Counted from the stretch's first letter, positions 1-10,166 are shown. The stretch: 64,000 nt of DNA from Gaiellales bacterium (GCA_038212095.1 JBBQUW010000003.1:15927-79926); one strand, 5' to 3'. The notes: generated from the letters alone by a model not told the origin. Program-made: numbers and translations.

Positions 1-49
1 GGGACCGCCTCCGATGACGGTGATATCGACGATCTGCTCGGCGCTCACG
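1..49 (-). CDS. N-terminus of an FAD/NAD(P)-binding oxidoreductase (thioredoxin-reductase-like); the gene runs off the left edge
   Basis: The reverse strand reads AGGAGG, then 9 nt, then GTG (49..47), followed by SAEQIVDITVIGGGP. The IGGGP is the start of a GxGxxG dinucleotide-binding loop. Only 16 codons lie inside the window. Confidence 0.35.
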
Positions 50-74
50 CTGCCCTACCTCCTGCCGACCGCTG

Positions 75-92
75 CTGAGTTTGGATCCAAAC
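75..92. terminator. Perfect 18-bp palindrome GAGTTTGGATCCAAACTC immediately 3' of the HesB/IscA gene stop
   Basis: Read directly from the sequence. It is unusually AT-rich for this genome. It sits between the stop codon at 98..100 (minus strand) and the next minus-strand start at 49. Confidence 0.3.
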
Positions 93-97
93 TCTAC

Positions 98-508
98 CTA
101 CCGCGAGTCGGCGGGCGTGCCACCCGAGCAGTCACAGTCGGCGTCATGGGCCTCCGGCAGCTCCGCGACCGGCTGCTCCTCCCTCGCCTGGAACGAGCTG
201 CCACAGCCACACGCGGTGGCGACGTTGGGGTTCTCGATCTGGAAACCGGCACCGGTCAGGCCGTCGATGTAGTCGACGCTCGAGCCCTCGAGGTACGGCA
301 GGCTGAACCGGTCGACCAGCACCCGCACGCCGTGGTGCTCCCAGATCTTGTCGTTCTCGTCCGCGCCTGCGTCGAAGCCCAGCGCGTACTGGAATCCGGA
401 GCAGCCGCCGCCCTCGACGGCGACTCGCAGGGCGGTCAGGCCGGGATCGTTCTCGGCCGCCATCAGCTGCTTGATCTTCTCGGCTGCGCGTTGCGTGATC
501 GTGACCAT
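98..508 (-). CDS. HesB/IscA/ErpA-family iron-sulfur cluster insertion protein
   Basis: MVTITQRAAEKIKQLM...GGGCSGFQY...NPNVATACGCGSSF is the canonical A-type carrier Cys triad. I placed the start at the internal ATG at 508. A roughly 30-aa acidic tail follows the CGCGSSF motif and contains DCDC. Confidence 0.85.
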   Translation of the reverse strand: MVTITQRAAEKIKQLMAAENDPGLTALRVAVEGGGCSGFQYALGFDAGADENDKIWEHHGVRVLVDRFSLPYLEGSSVDYIDGLTGAGFQIENPNVATACGCGSSFQAREEQPVAELPEAHDADCDCSGGTPADSR

Positions 509-687
509 CGTGCTCGTCCTTCGTGAAGATACGGGCGTCGCGCGCCCCCTTCTGGTCATATCGTAGCGAAGGGCGTTGGACATGAGCCCACGCCCGCTCG
601 GCGGCGACTTTGTGACACAGGGTACCCTCTTGTCCATGCCGTTTTCGGCCGATCACGGCAGGAGATCGTCACACCTCCGCCGGGCGG

Positions 688-696
688 TGATATAGT
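688..696 (+). promoter_or_regulatory. Candidate extended -10 element (TGaTATAGT) for the nuo operon
   Basis: TGATATAGT ends 9 nt before the GTG at 705. This implies a near-leaderless nuoA mRNA. I saw no convincing -35 element. Confidence 0.25.
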
Positions 697-704
697 CGCG
701 ACGA

Positions 705-1067
705 GTGTTGGGGCACTGGGCATCTGTGCTGGTCTTCGCGGCAGTCGCGCTCGCGATCCCGCTGTCATTCCTTTTCGCGACGTTCGCGCTCGACACGCGC
801 TCCAAGCGGCGAGCCGGCGACAAGACGATCCCGTTCGAGTCAGGCGTCTCGGCCAGCACGTTCCACGCCCAGCGTTTCACGATCTCCTACTACCTGACCG
901 CGATGCTGTTCATCGTGTTCGATATCGAGATCGTGTTCCTCTATCCGCTGGCGCTGAGCATGCATCGGCTGGGCCTGTTCGGCTTCGTCGAGATGGCGGT
1001 GTTCATCGCGCTGCTGGTGGTGGCCTACGTGTACGTCTGGAGAAAGGGCGCCCTGGAATGGCGGTGA
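705..1067 (+). CDS. nuoA: NADH-quinone oxidoreductase subunit A
   Basis: 120 aa with three TM helices. The FESG...[10 protein letters not shown] motif and first position in the nuo operon support the call. Confidence 0.93.
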   Translation: MLGHWASVLVFAAVALAIPLSFLFATFALDTRSKRRAGDKTIPFESGVSASTFHAQRFTISYYLTAMLFIVFDIEIVFLYPLALSMHRLGLFGFVEMAVFIALLVVAYVYVWRKGALEWR

Positions 1068-1585
1068 CGCCGGTCAACATCTCGAAGGCCGTCCGGGCGG
1101 GAGACCTGGAGCAGTACGTGATGCTGACCACGCTCGAGAAGGCGATGGCGTGGACCTCGTCCAACTCGATCTGGCCAGCCGGCTTCGGCCTGGCCTGCTG
1201 CGCAATCGAGATGATGTCGCTGCCCTCGCCTCGCTACGACATCGCCCGCTTCGGCTCGGAGGTGTTCCGCTCGTCTCCCCGCCAGGCCGACCTGATGATC
1301 GTCTCGGGCCGCGTCTCCCACAAGATGGTGCCGCCGTTGCGCCAGGTCTATGACCAGATGCTGCTGCCCAAGTGGGTGATGGCGATGGGCGCCTGCTCGA
1401 GCTCGGGCGGCATGTTCGCGAACTACGCGATCCTGCAGGGCGTCGACAAGGTGGTGCCGGTCGATGTGCACGTGCCCGGCTGCCCGCCCCGCCCCGAGGC
1501 GGTTGTGGATGGACTGCTGCTGATCCAGAAGAAGATCCGCGCCGGCATCGCGCCGGCCTACGACCTGGAGAAGTCGAAGGCATGA
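1058..1585 (+). CDS. nuoB: NADH-quinone oxidoreductase subunit B
   Basis: [10 protein letters not shown]...[10 protein letters not shown]...PGCPP are the N2 cluster cysteines. The start overlaps the nuoA end. Confidence 0.96.
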   Translation: MAVTPVNISKAVRAGDLEQYVMLTTLEKAMAWTSSNSIWPAGFGLACCAIEMMSLPSPRYDIARFGSEVFRSSPRQADLMIVSGRVSHKMVPPLRQVYDQMLLPKWVMAMGACSSSGGMFANYAILQGVDKVVPVDVHVPGCPPRPEAVVDGLLLIQKKIRAGIAPAYDLEKSKA

Positions 1586-2154
1586 CCGTCGACGAGCTTG
1601 CCGAAGCGCTCGAGCGAGCCGTTCCGGGCGCCGTTCTCGGGCGCGAGGACGGCGGCGACATGCCCACGCTGACGATCGACCGCCGGCTGCTCGTGCCTGC
1701 CTGCAGCCATCTGCGCGACCAGCACGGCAAGAACTTCCTGTCTGCCGTCACGGCCGTCGACTATCTCGGCTACGGCGAGGAGGTGGCCGGCTACTTCGGC
1801 TCCGAACGCGGCCGCGACATCAACCGCACCGGCAGCTGGGGCGCACCCGAGACGGCGCCGCCGATGCCGACTCGCTTCTCGGTCAAGTACCACCTCGCCC
1901 ACGTCGGCGATGGCCCGGTCGACCGGCTGCGGCTGCAGGTGTTCATGGAGGAGTCAGAGAGCGTGCCGAGCGTCGTGTCCGTCTGGCCGACCGCCGACTG
2001 GCACGAGCGGGAGCAGTACGACCTGATGGGCATCGTGTTCGACGGCCACCCCAACCTGAAGCGGCTGCTGATGCCGTCCGACTGGGCCGGCCATCCGTTG
2101 CGTAAGGACTACCCGATCGGCGGCGAGCCGGTGCAGTTCACGGACGCCCGATGA
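1582..2154 (+). CDS. nuoC: NADH-quinone oxidoreductase subunit C
   Basis: The start is the internal ATG of the 1372..2154 ORF and forms an ATGA overlap with the nuoB stop. [18 protein letters not shown] is the 30-kDa subunit motif. There is an insertion of about 35 aa before RFSVKYHL. Confidence 0.9.
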   Translation: MTVDELAEALERAVPGAVLGREDGGDMPTLTIDRRLLVPACSHLRDQHGKNFLSAVTAVDYLGYGEEVAGYFGSERGRDINRTGSWGAPETAPPMPTRFSVKYHLAHVGDGPVDRLRLQVFMEESESVPSVVSVWPTADWHEREQYDLMGIVFDGHPNLKRLLMPSDWAGHPLRKDYPIGGEPVQFTDAR

Positions 2155-3407
2155 GCGCCACCGCCCCCAGCCCCGTCGTTCCGCTGTGGCAGCCGGCCAT
2201 CATCCCGCCGGGCGCGCCGAGCAAGATCGACCCGCCTCAAGGCGAGGACCTGATCACGGTCAACTTCGGGCCCAACCACCCCTCCACGCACGGTGTGTTG
2301 CGCCTGATCGTGACACTGGACGGCGAGGTGGTGGTCGGCCTCGACGCCGACATCGGCTACGTCCACACCGGCTTCGAGAAGAACTTCGAGCAGAAGACGT
2401 ACTGGAAGGGCATCCCCTACGCGCCGCGCATGGACTACGTCGCGTTCTTTGCCAACGAGCTGGCCTACGTGGGCGCGGTCGAGCAGCTGATCGGGATCGA
2501 GGTGCCCGAGCGGGCCAAGTGGATCCGGACCATGTTCGCGGAGCTGAACCGAATCCACAGCCACCTGATCTTTCTCGGCACAAGCGGCGTTGAGCTGGGT
2601 GCGATCTCCCTGTTCTTCTACTGCCTGCGCGAGCGGGACAAGGTGCTCGATCTGTTCGAGATGGTGACCGGCGTGCGCATGCACGACCGCTACCCGCAGT
2701 TCGGCGGCGTGGCCGAGGACCTGCCCAAGGGCTTCCTGGCCGAGGCGCGGGCGTTCTGCGCCGACATGCCCCTGCGGGTGGACGAGTACCTCGACCTGGT
2801 GGCGGGCAACTCGGTGTGGCGCGATCGCTACCGCGGCATCGGCTGCATCGACGCCGAGACGGCGATCGCGATGGGCCTCTCGGGGCCGAACCTGCGCGGC
2901 AGCGGCGTCGCCCATGACCTGCGTCGCGCCGAGCCCTACCTGGTCTACGACCAGCTGGAGTTCGACGTGATCACGGGCAAGAACGGTGACGCCTTCGACC
3001 GCCTGATGTGCCGCACCAAGGAGATGTACGAGTCGGTGCGGATCATCGAGCAGTGCCTGGACAACATGCCGTCCGGCCCGATCATGGCGGACGATCGCAA
3101 GCACGTGCTGCCGCCCCGCCACGAGCTGCACACCTCGATGGAGTCGCTGATCCACCACTTCAAGCTGGTGACCGAGGGCTTCCGCGTTCCACCGGCCCAG
3201 ATCTACTACCCGATCGAGTCGCCGCGAGGCGAGTTCGGCTGCTACCTGGCCTCCGACGGCGGGCCGAAGCCGTGGCGGATCCACTTCCGCGCGCCCAGCT
3301 TCGTCAGCCTGCAGTCGACCGCGATGATGGCCGTCAACCGCCACATCGCCGATCTGATCGTCGTCGTCGGTTCGCTCGACGGCGTGATGGGGGAGGCGGA
3401 TCGATGA
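2151..3407 (+). CDS. nuoD: NADH-quinone oxidoreductase subunit D
   Basis: 418 aa. NFGPNHPSTHGVLRL and RIHFRAPSF are 49-kDa subunit motifs. ATGA overlap with nuoC. Confidence 0.97.
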   Translation: MSATAPSPVVPLWQPAIIPPGAPSKIDPPQGEDLITVNFGPNHPSTHGVLRLIVTLDGEVVVGLDADIGYVHTGFEKNFEQKTYWKGIPYAPRMDYVAFFANELAYVGAVEQLIGIEVPERAKWIRTMFAELNRIHSHLIFLGTSGVELGAISLFFYCLRERDKVLDLFEMVTGVRMHDRYPQFGGVAEDLPKGFLAEARAFCADMPLRVDEYLDLVAGNSVWRDRYRGIGCIDAETAIAMGLSGPNLRGSGVAHDLRRAEPYLVYDQLEFDVITGKNGDAFDRLMCRTKEMYESVRIIEQCLDNMPSGPIMADDRKHVLPPRHELHTSMESLIHHFKLVTEGFRVPPAQIYYPIESPRGEFGCYLASDGGPKPWRIHFRAPSFVSLQSTAMMAVNRHIADLIVVVGSLDGVMGEADR

Positions 3408-3964
3408 GCGACGAGGCGGCCCGCGAGACGCTGGCCGGCGCGCGCCAGACGCGGCCCCAGATGCCCGATCCGCTGCCGTCCGAGGACACCGGCCGGCCAC
3501 TGTATGACCGCATCCAGGACGTGATCGCGCTCTACCCTGAGCGCAAGTCGGCGATCATCCCAGCGCTGCGCCTGGCCCAGGAGCTGCACGGCTGGCTGTC
3601 TGAGGAGGCGTTCGAGCAGGTGGCCGACGCGACCGGCTTCACGCCCGCCTACTGCAAGAGCGTCGCCTCGTTCTACGACATGTTCCGGCTGCAGCCGGTG
3701 GGGCGGCACGAAGTCTGCATCTGCACCAACATCTCGTGCGCGCTGGTGGGCGCGGCCGACACGCTGCGCGCCTTCGAGCGGGAGCTCGGAATCAGCAGCG
3801 GCGAGACCACCGACGACGGCATGTTCAGCCTGAAGACCGTGGAGTGTTACGGCGGCTGCGGCTGGGGGCCGGTGGTCTCGGTCGACGACCGCTACCACGA
3901 GCCGCTCCCGGCCGAGCAGGTGCCCGAGCTGATCGCCCGGCTGCGATCGGAGGAGGGCGCATGA
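3404..3964 (+). CDS. nuoE: NADH-quinone oxidoreductase subunit E
   Basis: Internal ATG at 3404 forms an ATGA overlap. The 2Fe-2S cysteines are present (CTNISC...CYGGCG). Confidence 0.93.
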   Translation: MSDEAARETLAGARQTRPQMPDPLPSEDTGRPLYDRIQDVIALYPERKSAIIPALRLAQELHGWLSEEAFEQVADATGFTPAYCKSVASFYDMFRLQPVGRHEVCICTNISCALVGAADTLRAFERELGISSGETTDDGMFSLKTVECYGGCGWGPVVSVDDRYHEPLPAEQVPELIARLRSEEGA

Positions 3965-5265
3965 GCGACCTCAAGATCCTGCTCGACTTCGAGGGCGATC
4001 GCCGCAGCATCCATGCCTACGAGCAGTCCGGCGGCTACGCCCAGCTGAAGGCGGCGTTCGCACAGCCGCCCGAGCAGATCGTGGCGGCGGTCGACGCCTC
4101 CGGCCTGCGCGGCCGCGGTGGTGCCGGCTTCCCCACCGGCCGCAAGGCCTCCTTCCTGCCCAAAGACAGGAAGCCGGCCTACCTGTGCGTCAACGCCGAC
4201 GAGTCCGAGCCGGGCACCTTCAAGGATCGCGAGATCATGCTGCGCAACCCGCATGCGCTGATCGAGGGCATACTGATCATGAGCTTCGGCATCGGCGCCA
4301 CCTCGGCCTTCATCTACATCCGTGGCGAGTACCTGGCCGAGTTCGAGGTGCTCAAGCGGGCGCTGGAGGAGGCGCGTGCGCGGGGCTACGTCGGCCGCAA
4401 CGTGCTGGGCTCGGGCTACGACGCCACCGTCGTCCTGCACCGCGGTGCCGGCGCCTACATCTGTGGCGAGGAGACCGCGCTGCTCTCGTCGCTTGAGGGC
4501 GAGCGCGGCCAGCCGCGCTCCAAGCCGCCGTTCCCGGCTGTGGCCGGCCTGTACGCGGCGCCGACGCTGGTCAACAACGTCGAGACGCTGGCCTCGGTGC
4601 CGTTCATCCTGGCGATGGGCGGCGAGGCGTACGCCAAGATCGGCACCGAGCGATCGAAGGGCACGCGCGTGTTCTCGCTCTCGGGCAACGTCAAGCGGCC
4701 CGGCAACTACGAACTGCCGCTGACGGCGACGCTGCGCGACCTGATCGAGGGCCACGGCGGTGGCGCACCCGAGGGCCGCACGATCAAGGCGATCATCCCC
4801 GGTGGCTCCTCGACGCCGATCCTGATGCCCGACCAGATCGACACCCACATCGACTACGAGTCGATCGCCGCTGCCGGCTCGATGGCCGGCTCGGGCGCGG
4901 TGGTCGTGATCGACGCCCGCACCTGCATGGTGCAGCTGGCGCTGCGGGTCGCCGAGTTCTACCGCCACGAGAGCTGCGGCAAGTGCACGCCCTGCCGCGA
5001 GGGCACCCGCTGGGGCGTCGACATCATCCGCCGGATCGAGATGGGCGAGGCCCGCCAGGGCGAACTCGACCTGCTGCTGAACGTGTGCGACCGCATGCTG
5101 GGCAAATGCCTGTGCCCGCTGGGCGATGCGATGGCGATGCCGGTGGCCAGCTACGTGACTCGTTTTCGCGACGAGTTCCAGCGCCACATCGACGAGGGCT
5201 GCTGCCCGTTCACCGAGCAGAGCCCGATCACGCCGCTCTACCATCACCTGGAGCCGGTGCTGTGA
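3961..5265 (+). CDS. nuoF: NADH-quinone oxidoreductase subunit F
   Basis: Internal ATG at 3961 forms an ATGA overlap. GRGGAGFPTG is the FMN site and ESCGKCTPCREG is the N3 cluster motif. Confidence 0.96.
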   Translation: MSDLKILLDFEGDRRSIHAYEQSGGYAQLKAAFAQPPEQIVAAVDASGLRGRGGAGFPTGRKASFLPKDRKPAYLCVNADESEPGTFKDREIMLRNPHALIEGILIMSFGIGATSAFIYIRGEYLAEFEVLKRALEEARARGYVGRNVLGSGYDATVVLHRGAGAYICGEETALLSSLEGERGQPRSKPPFPAVAGLYAAPTLVNNVETLASVPFILAMGGEAYAKIGTERSKGTRVFSLSGNVKRPGNYELPLTATLRDLIEGHGGGAPEGRTIKAIIPGGSSTPILMPDQIDTHIDYESIAAAGSMAGSGAVVVIDARTCMVQLALRVAEFYRHESCGKCTPCREGTRWGVDIIRRIEMGEARQGELDLLLNVCDRMLGKCLCPLGDAMAMPVASYVTRFRDEFQRHIDEGCCPFTEQSPITPLYHHLEPVL

Positions 5266-5438
5266 GCGAGTTTCGCGATGCCTTCATGCGGGCTCGGCGA
5301 CGGGTGGACGAGGGTGAGGATCCCGAGTTGGTGGTGCCCGATGTGATCGCGGTGGCCGAGGCGCCGGAGGAGATCGCGATGGCCGAACGGCTGTACGGCG
5401 ACGTCGACGGGGACGTGGACGACCAGGAGGACGAGTAG
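5262..5438 (+). CDS. Small acidic hypothetical protein encoded between nuoF and nuoG
   Basis: The GTG at 5262 overlaps the nuoF TGA (GTGA). Its TAG overlaps the nuoG GTG (TAGTG). It has 58 codons, mostly G/C-ending, and about one third are Asp or Glu. I recognise no homology. Confidence 0.5.
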   Translation: MSEFRDAFMRARRRVDEGEDPELVVPDVIAVAEAPEEIAMAERLYGDVDGDVDDQEDE

Positions 5439-7735
5439 TGGCCACGCTGGAGACCGCGACCGTCACGCTGACCATCAACGAGCGGCAGATCACCGTCCCC
5501 AAGGGCATCTCGCTGGTCGAGGCGGCGGCCGAGGCCGGCATCGAGATACCGGTGTTCTGCTACGAGCCTCGGTTGGGGGCCGCGATCGGCGCCTGCCGGA
5601 TGTGCCTGGTCGAGATCGAGGGCATGCCCAAGCTGCAGACCGCCTGCACCACCCCGGTCAGCGACGGCATGGTCGTGCACTCCCACTCCGATCGCGCCCG
5701 CGAGGGCCAGGACGCGGTGCTCGAGTTCCTGCTGCTCAACCATCCGCTCGACTGCCCGGTCTGCGACAAGGGCGGCGAGTGCCCGCTGCAGGACCTCACG
5801 TTCCGCTACGGCCCGGGCAACACGCGCATGACGCTGCCCAAGCGCACGGCTGCCAAGCCGATCGCGATCTCGCCGCTGATCAAGCTCGACCGCGAACGTT
5901 GCATCCTCTGTTACCGCTGCACCCGCTTCTCCGAGAACGTGGCCGGCGATACCCAACTGGTGACCGAGAACCGTGGCGCGCACTCGATCATCACCACCTT
6001 CGAGAACCGTCCTTACGATGGCGAGTTCTCCGGCAACGTCACCGAGCTGTGCCCGGTAGGCGCCCTTACGTCGACCACCTATCGTTTCCGCGGCCGGCCG
6101 TGGGAGATCCAGAACGTGCCCACGGTCTGTGGCCAGTGCCCGGTCGGTTGTAACACCTACGCCACGATCCGCGAGGGCCAGGTGACGCGGGTGCTTTCGC
6201 GTAACAACCCGGCGGTGGACGATGGCTGGCTGTGTGACCGCGGCCGCTACAGCCACCCCAGCCTGACCGACCAGCAGCGCATCACCTCGGCGCTGATCCG
6301 CGGCGGGCGCGGGCTGGAGCCGGTCGCGGCCGAGACCGCGCTCGACCACGTCGCCGACCGCCTGCGCGCGACGATCGAGAAGTTCGGGCCTGGCTCGGTG
6401 GCGATCCTGGCCTCGGGCGAGCAGACCAGCGAGGAGGCGCACCTGTGGGCGCGCATCCAGCAGGAGGCGCTGGGCGGCGGCCCGATCGTGTGCGGTCCGG
6501 AGGGCGATGCCGGCTGGGATCAGCTGGCCGCCCACGCCGCCACCATCGCCGACCTGGACGATGCCGACCTGATCGTCGTGGCGGGCGCGACCGACCTGGT
6601 GCACCGGGCACCGATCCTGGAGCTGCGGATCCGCCGCGCGGTCGAGCGCGGTGCGGCGATGGCCACGATCGGCGCCGGCGCCACGCGGCTGGAGACGCTG
6701 ACCGGTGCGCGCCACGTCTCGGCTGCACCCGGCACCACACATGCGGCGCTGCTGGAGGCGCTCTCTGACGGCGGCCAGCTGGCCGCCGAGGTGAGCGAGC
6801 GCACAGTGGTGATCTGGAACGGCCGCATGAGCCCGCCCGTGGCGGCGGTGCTCGCGCACCTCGCCCACAGCACCGGCTGCCGCGTGCTGGCCACGCCGCT
6901 GGCCGCCAACGAGCTGGGCTGCCAGGCGACCGGGCTGGGCGGCGTCACGCCAGACCAGGCGCTCGCGGCGGTGGACGCCGGCACGGTGCGCGCGATCGTG
7001 CTGCTGGGCGCCGACCCGGTCACGGGCTGGCCCGGCGGCGAGCGCTGGCGAACGGTGATGGAGCGGGCCTTCTTCGCGCTGCAGGTGACCGCCTTTCAGA
7101 CCGGCTCGTCCGGCTGGGCCACCACCATCGTTCCCACCACGATGCCACTCGAGAAGGACGGTACCTTCACCAACCTGGAGGGCCGGGTACAGCGGCTGCG
7201 GGCGGCCGCCCAGCCGCCCGAGGGCGTCCTGGACGGGCTGGTGTTCGCGGCCGAGGTGGGCCGCCGCCTGGGACTCTCGCTGCCCGATCAGCCGCCGGCC
7301 GCATTCGCTGAGATGGGCGCGCAGCGGCCGGCCTACGCGGGGATCAGCTGGAGCGACATCGGCGAACACGGCGTGCTGACCCAGCACGCCGCCGACGCGG
7401 GCCAGGCACCGGCGCGGCCACAGATCGCGTCCGGCGACGCCGGCGGCACGATCGTCGTCGGCTACCGCCAGCTGATGAGCGGGGCGGCCGTCGACCACTC
7501 GCCGGTGCTGCACTTCCAGCGTCGCACCGGCATCGAGATCTCGCACGACGATGCGCAGTCGCTGGGCGTCGCCACCGGCGACCGGATCCAGGTCGAGTAC
7601 GACGGCAGATCGGTGGTCGGCGCCGCGGTCGTGCTGCGGCGGCTGCGCACCGGCGTGGTGCGGCTGGCCGTCTCGCTGCCCTACGTCGGACCGGGCCGGG
7701 TACGGGCCGCGGACGGAGAGCCGGCCGATGCCTGA
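5438..7735 (+). CDS. nuoG: NADH-quinone oxidoreductase subunit G
   Basis: 765 aa. It has an N-terminal 2Fe-2S domain (CRMCLVE), 4Fe-4S motifs (CPVCDKGGEC, CILCYRCTRF) and a molybdopterin-oxidoreductase-like C-terminal part. Confidence 0.95.
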   Translation: MATLETATVTLTINERQITVPKGISLVEAAAEAGIEIPVFCYEPRLGAAIGACRMCLVEIEGMPKLQTACTTPVSDGMVVHSHSDRAREGQDAVLEFLLLNHPLDCPVCDKGGECPLQDLTFRYGPGNTRMTLPKRTAAKPIAISPLIKLDRERCILCYRCTRFSENVAGDTQLVTENRGAHSIITTFENRPYDGEFSGNVTELCPVGALTSTTYRFRGRPWEIQNVPTVCGQCPVGCNTYATIREGQVTRVLSRNNPAVDDGWLCDRGRYSHPSLTDQQRITSALIRGGRGLEPVAAETALDHVADRLRATIEKFGPGSVAILASGEQTSEEAHLWARIQQEALGGGPIVCGPEGDAGWDQLAAHAATIADLDDADLIVVAGATDLVHRAPILELRIRRAVERGAAMATIGAGATRLETLTGARHVSAAPGTTHAALLEALSDGGQLAAEVSERTVVIWNGRMSPPVAAVLAHLAHSTGCRVLATPLAANELGCQATGLGGVTPDQALAAVDAGTVRAIVLLGADPVTGWPGGERWRTVMERAFFALQVTAFQTGSSGWATTIVPTTMPLEKDGTFTNLEGRVQRLRAAAQPPEGVLDGLVFAAEVGRRLGLSLPDQPPAAFAEMGAQRPAYAGISWSDIGEHGVLTQHAADAGQAPARPQIASGDAGGTIVVGYRQLMSGAAVDHSPVLHFQRRTGIEISHDDAQSLGVATGDRIQVEYDGRSVVGAAVVLRRLRTGVVRLAVSLPYVGPGRVRAADGEPADA

Positions 7736-8723
7736 CGGCTTCATCGTCACCGCCCTCAAGTCGTTCATCCTGGTCAACTTGGTGATGGCGCTGTTCGCCT
7801 TCATGACCTGGTTCGAGCGGCGGCTGATCGGCCGCTTCCAGGTGCGGCTGGGCCCCAACCGGGTCGGCCCGTTCGGCCTCCTGCAGCCGATCGCCGACCT
7901 GGGCAAGCTGATCCAGAAGGAGAGCCTGATTCCGGCCGGCTCCAGCCGTTTTCTGTACCTGGCCGCACCGGCCATCTCGCTCTTCACCGCGCTGGCCGTG
8001 TTCGCCGTGATCCCGTTCGGCGGCAAGGCGACGATCCCCGGCACCAGCTGGAGCTTCCATCTGTGGGTGGCCGATCCCAGCGTGGCGCTGCTGCTGGTGT
8101 TCGCGCTGGGCTCGTTCAGCTTCTACGGCTTCCTGGTGGGCGGCTGGTCGTCCAGCTCCAAGTACTCGCTGTACGGCTCGATGCGGGCCGTGTCGCAGCT
8201 GGTCAGCTACGAGGTCAGCCTCGCCCTGGCCGTGATCGGAGTCGTCATGATGAGCCAGACGCTCTCGCTGACCGGCATCGTCACCGCCCAGCAGCGCGAC
8301 GGCATCTGGTACATCGTGCCGCAGTTCGCCGGGTTCGTGATCTACCTGCTTGCCTCGACCGCCGAGGTCAGCCGGATCCCGTTCGACCTGCCCGAGGCGG
8401 AGGGCGAGCTGGTCGCCGGCTACCACACCGAGTACGGCGGCATGCGCTGGGCGATGTTCCAGAACGCCGAGTACATCGCCCTGATCTCGTTCTCGGCGCT
8501 CGCCTCGATCCTGTTTCTGGGCGGCTACGACGGGCCGGTGCTGCCGGGCCCGGTGTGGATGCTGATCAAGATGTTCGTCTTCATGTTCCTCTCGATCTGG
8601 GTGCGCTCGACGCTGCCTCGGGTTCGGTACGACCGCCTGATGACGATCGGCTGGAAGGTGCTGCTCCCTCTGGCAACACTCAATCTCCTCGTGACCTCGG
8701 CCGTCGTGGCCTACCGGGCGTGA
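7728..8723 (+). CDS. nuoH: NADH-quinone oxidoreductase subunit H
   Basis: Internal ATG at 7728. [20 protein letters not shown] and [14 protein letters not shown] are motifs of this polytopic subunit. Confidence 0.94.
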   Translation: MPDGFIVTALKSFILVNLVMALFAFMTWFERRLIGRFQVRLGPNRVGPFGLLQPIADLGKLIQKESLIPAGSSRFLYLAAPAISLFTALAVFAVIPFGGKATIPGTSWSFHLWVADPSVALLLVFALGSFSFYGFLVGGWSSSSKYSLYGSMRAVSQLVSYEVSLALAVIGVVMMSQTLSLTGIVTAQQRDGIWYIVPQFAGFVIYLLASTAEVSRIPFDLPEAEGELVAGYHTEYGGMRWAMFQNAEYIALISFSALASILFLGGYDGPVLPGPVWMLIKMFVFMFLSIWVRSTLPRVRYDRLMTIGWKVLLPLATLNLLVTSAVVAYRA

Positions 8724-8727
8724 TCCG

Positions 8728-9222
8728 ATGGCCGTGACCGACAACCTGAAGGGCTTTGGCGTCACCTTCCGGCACCTGTTCAAGAAGCCGGTGACGCAGC
8801 AGTACCCGGAGTACAAGCGCCCCGTCTACCCGCGCTTCCGCGGTCGCCACCGGCTGCACCGGCACGAGAACGGTCTCGAGAAGTGCGTCGGCTGCTCGCT
8901 CTGCGCCGCCGCCTGCCCGGCCGACTGCATCCGCGTGGTGGCGGCCGAGAACACGGTCGAGGAGCGCTACTCGCCCGGTGAGCGCTACGCCCGCATCTAC
9001 GAGATCAACATGAGCCGCTGCATCTTCTGCGGCTACTGCGAGCTGGCCTGCCCGTTCGACGCGATCACGCTCGGAAACGACTACGAGCTGGCGGAGATGT
9101 CGCGCGACGCGCTCGTGTACACCAAGGAGATGCTGCTCGCTCCGCACCCGGAGGCGCGCCGCACGCCGGTGGCACCGGTCGACCCGTTCGACGTCCCCTC
9201 CCAGCCCGAGGCCGGCGCGTGA
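8728..9222 (+). CDS. nuoI: NADH-quinone oxidoreductase subunit I
   Basis: Two CxxCxxCxxxCP ferredoxin motifs are present ([24 protein letters not shown]). Confidence 0.96.
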   Translation: MAVTDNLKGFGVTFRHLFKKPVTQQYPEYKRPVYPRFRGRHRLHRHENGLEKCVGCSLCAAACPADCIRVVAAENTVEERYSPGERYARIYEINMSRCIFCGYCELACPFDAITLGNDYELAEMSRDALVYTKEMLLAPHPEARRTPVAPVDPFDVPSQPEAGA

Positions 9223-9851
9223 CCTACGACGTCGTCTTCGTTGCGGCCGCGCTGCTCTCGATCGTGACCGCACTGGCGGCGGTGCTCTCGGGCAACCCGT
9301 TCCACTCGGCACTGTCGCTGATCATGAACCTGGTCTCGCTGGCCACGATGTACCTACTGCTGCAAGCCGACTTCCTCGCCGCGGCCCAGGTGATCGTGTA
9401 CGCCGGCGCGGTGATGATCATGTTCCTGTTCGTGATCGCGTACCTGGGCGGCCGCGCCGACGAGCCCACCCACGACACCCCGCTCTGGCAGCTGGCCGCG
9501 GCCGCGATCGCGGGCGGCGCGATCGTGATCGAGATCGTGGTGGCCGTGGCCACCCAGGCGTTGCAGCGCCACGCCGCCGTCAGCGACCAGTTCGGCAGCC
9601 CCGCGAGCATCGCCAACGGCCTCTTCTCGCGCTACCTGCTGGCGTTCGAAGCGACCTCGATCCTGCTCTTGGTGGCAGCGGTGGGCGGCGTGGTACTGGG
9701 ATCGAAGAAGCCCGCCTCGCGGGTGGACGAGCCCGACGCATTCCCCGACCGCGCCCGGCCCGACGCGCCGCTCGAGCTGCAGGCTGCCGTGATGGGCGCC
9801 GAGACCGCCTTCCCCGTCCATCACGTCGGGCAGCGCGAGGACGAGGCCTGA
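9219..9851 (+). CDS. nuoJ: NADH-quinone oxidoreductase subunit J
   Basis: GTGA overlap with nuoI. The hydrophobic N-terminal two thirds are typical of NuoJ. Operon position supports the call. Confidence 0.9.
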   Translation: MTYDVVFVAAALLSIVTALAAVLSGNPFHSALSLIMNLVSLATMYLLLQADFLAAAQVIVYAGAVMIMFLFVIAYLGGRADEPTHDTPLWQLAAAAIAGGAIVIEIVVAVATQALQRHAAVSDQFGSPASIANGLFSRYLLAFEATSILLLVAAVGGVVLGSKKPASRVDEPDAFPDRARPDAPLELQAAVMGAETAFPVHHVGQREDEA

Positions 9852-10156
9852 TGCACATCGGTGTTGAGTACTTCGTGTCGCTTTCGGCGATCATCTTCGG
9901 CATCGGACTGTTCGGCGTGTTCACCCGCCGCAGCCCGCTGATCCTGCTGTTGTCGGTGGAGCTGATGCTGAACGCATGCAACCTCTCGCTGGTCGCCTTC
10001 TCGCGCTACTGGGGCGAGCAGAGCGGGCAGGTCTTCGCCCTGGTCGTGATGGGAATCGCCGCCTCCGAGGTGGTCGTCGGCCTGGGGCTGGTGGTGGCGG
10101 TGGCACGCCGTAAGGCCGAGCTCGACGTCGACCGGATGACCACCCTCAAGAACTGA
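9851..10156 (+). CDS. nuoK: NADH-quinone oxidoreductase subunit K
   Basis: 101 aa with three TM helices. The LLLSVELMLNA and AASEVVVGLGL motifs are present. Confidence 0.94.
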   Translation: MHIGVEYFVSLSAIIFGIGLFGVFTRRSPLILLLSVELMLNACNLSLVAFSRYWGEQSGQVFALVVMGIAASEVVVGLGLVVAVARRKAELDVDRMTTLKN

Positions 10157-10166
10157 TGAACGGCTG

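Noticed and set aside
5228-8044. 938-aa ORF on the minus strand spanning nuoG and nuoH.
   Set aside because: It lies antisense to two strongly conserved nuo genes. Its composition is Arg/Ala/Gly/Pro-rich and low-complexity, which is typical of shadow ORFs in high-GC DNA, and it carries no recognisable motifs.
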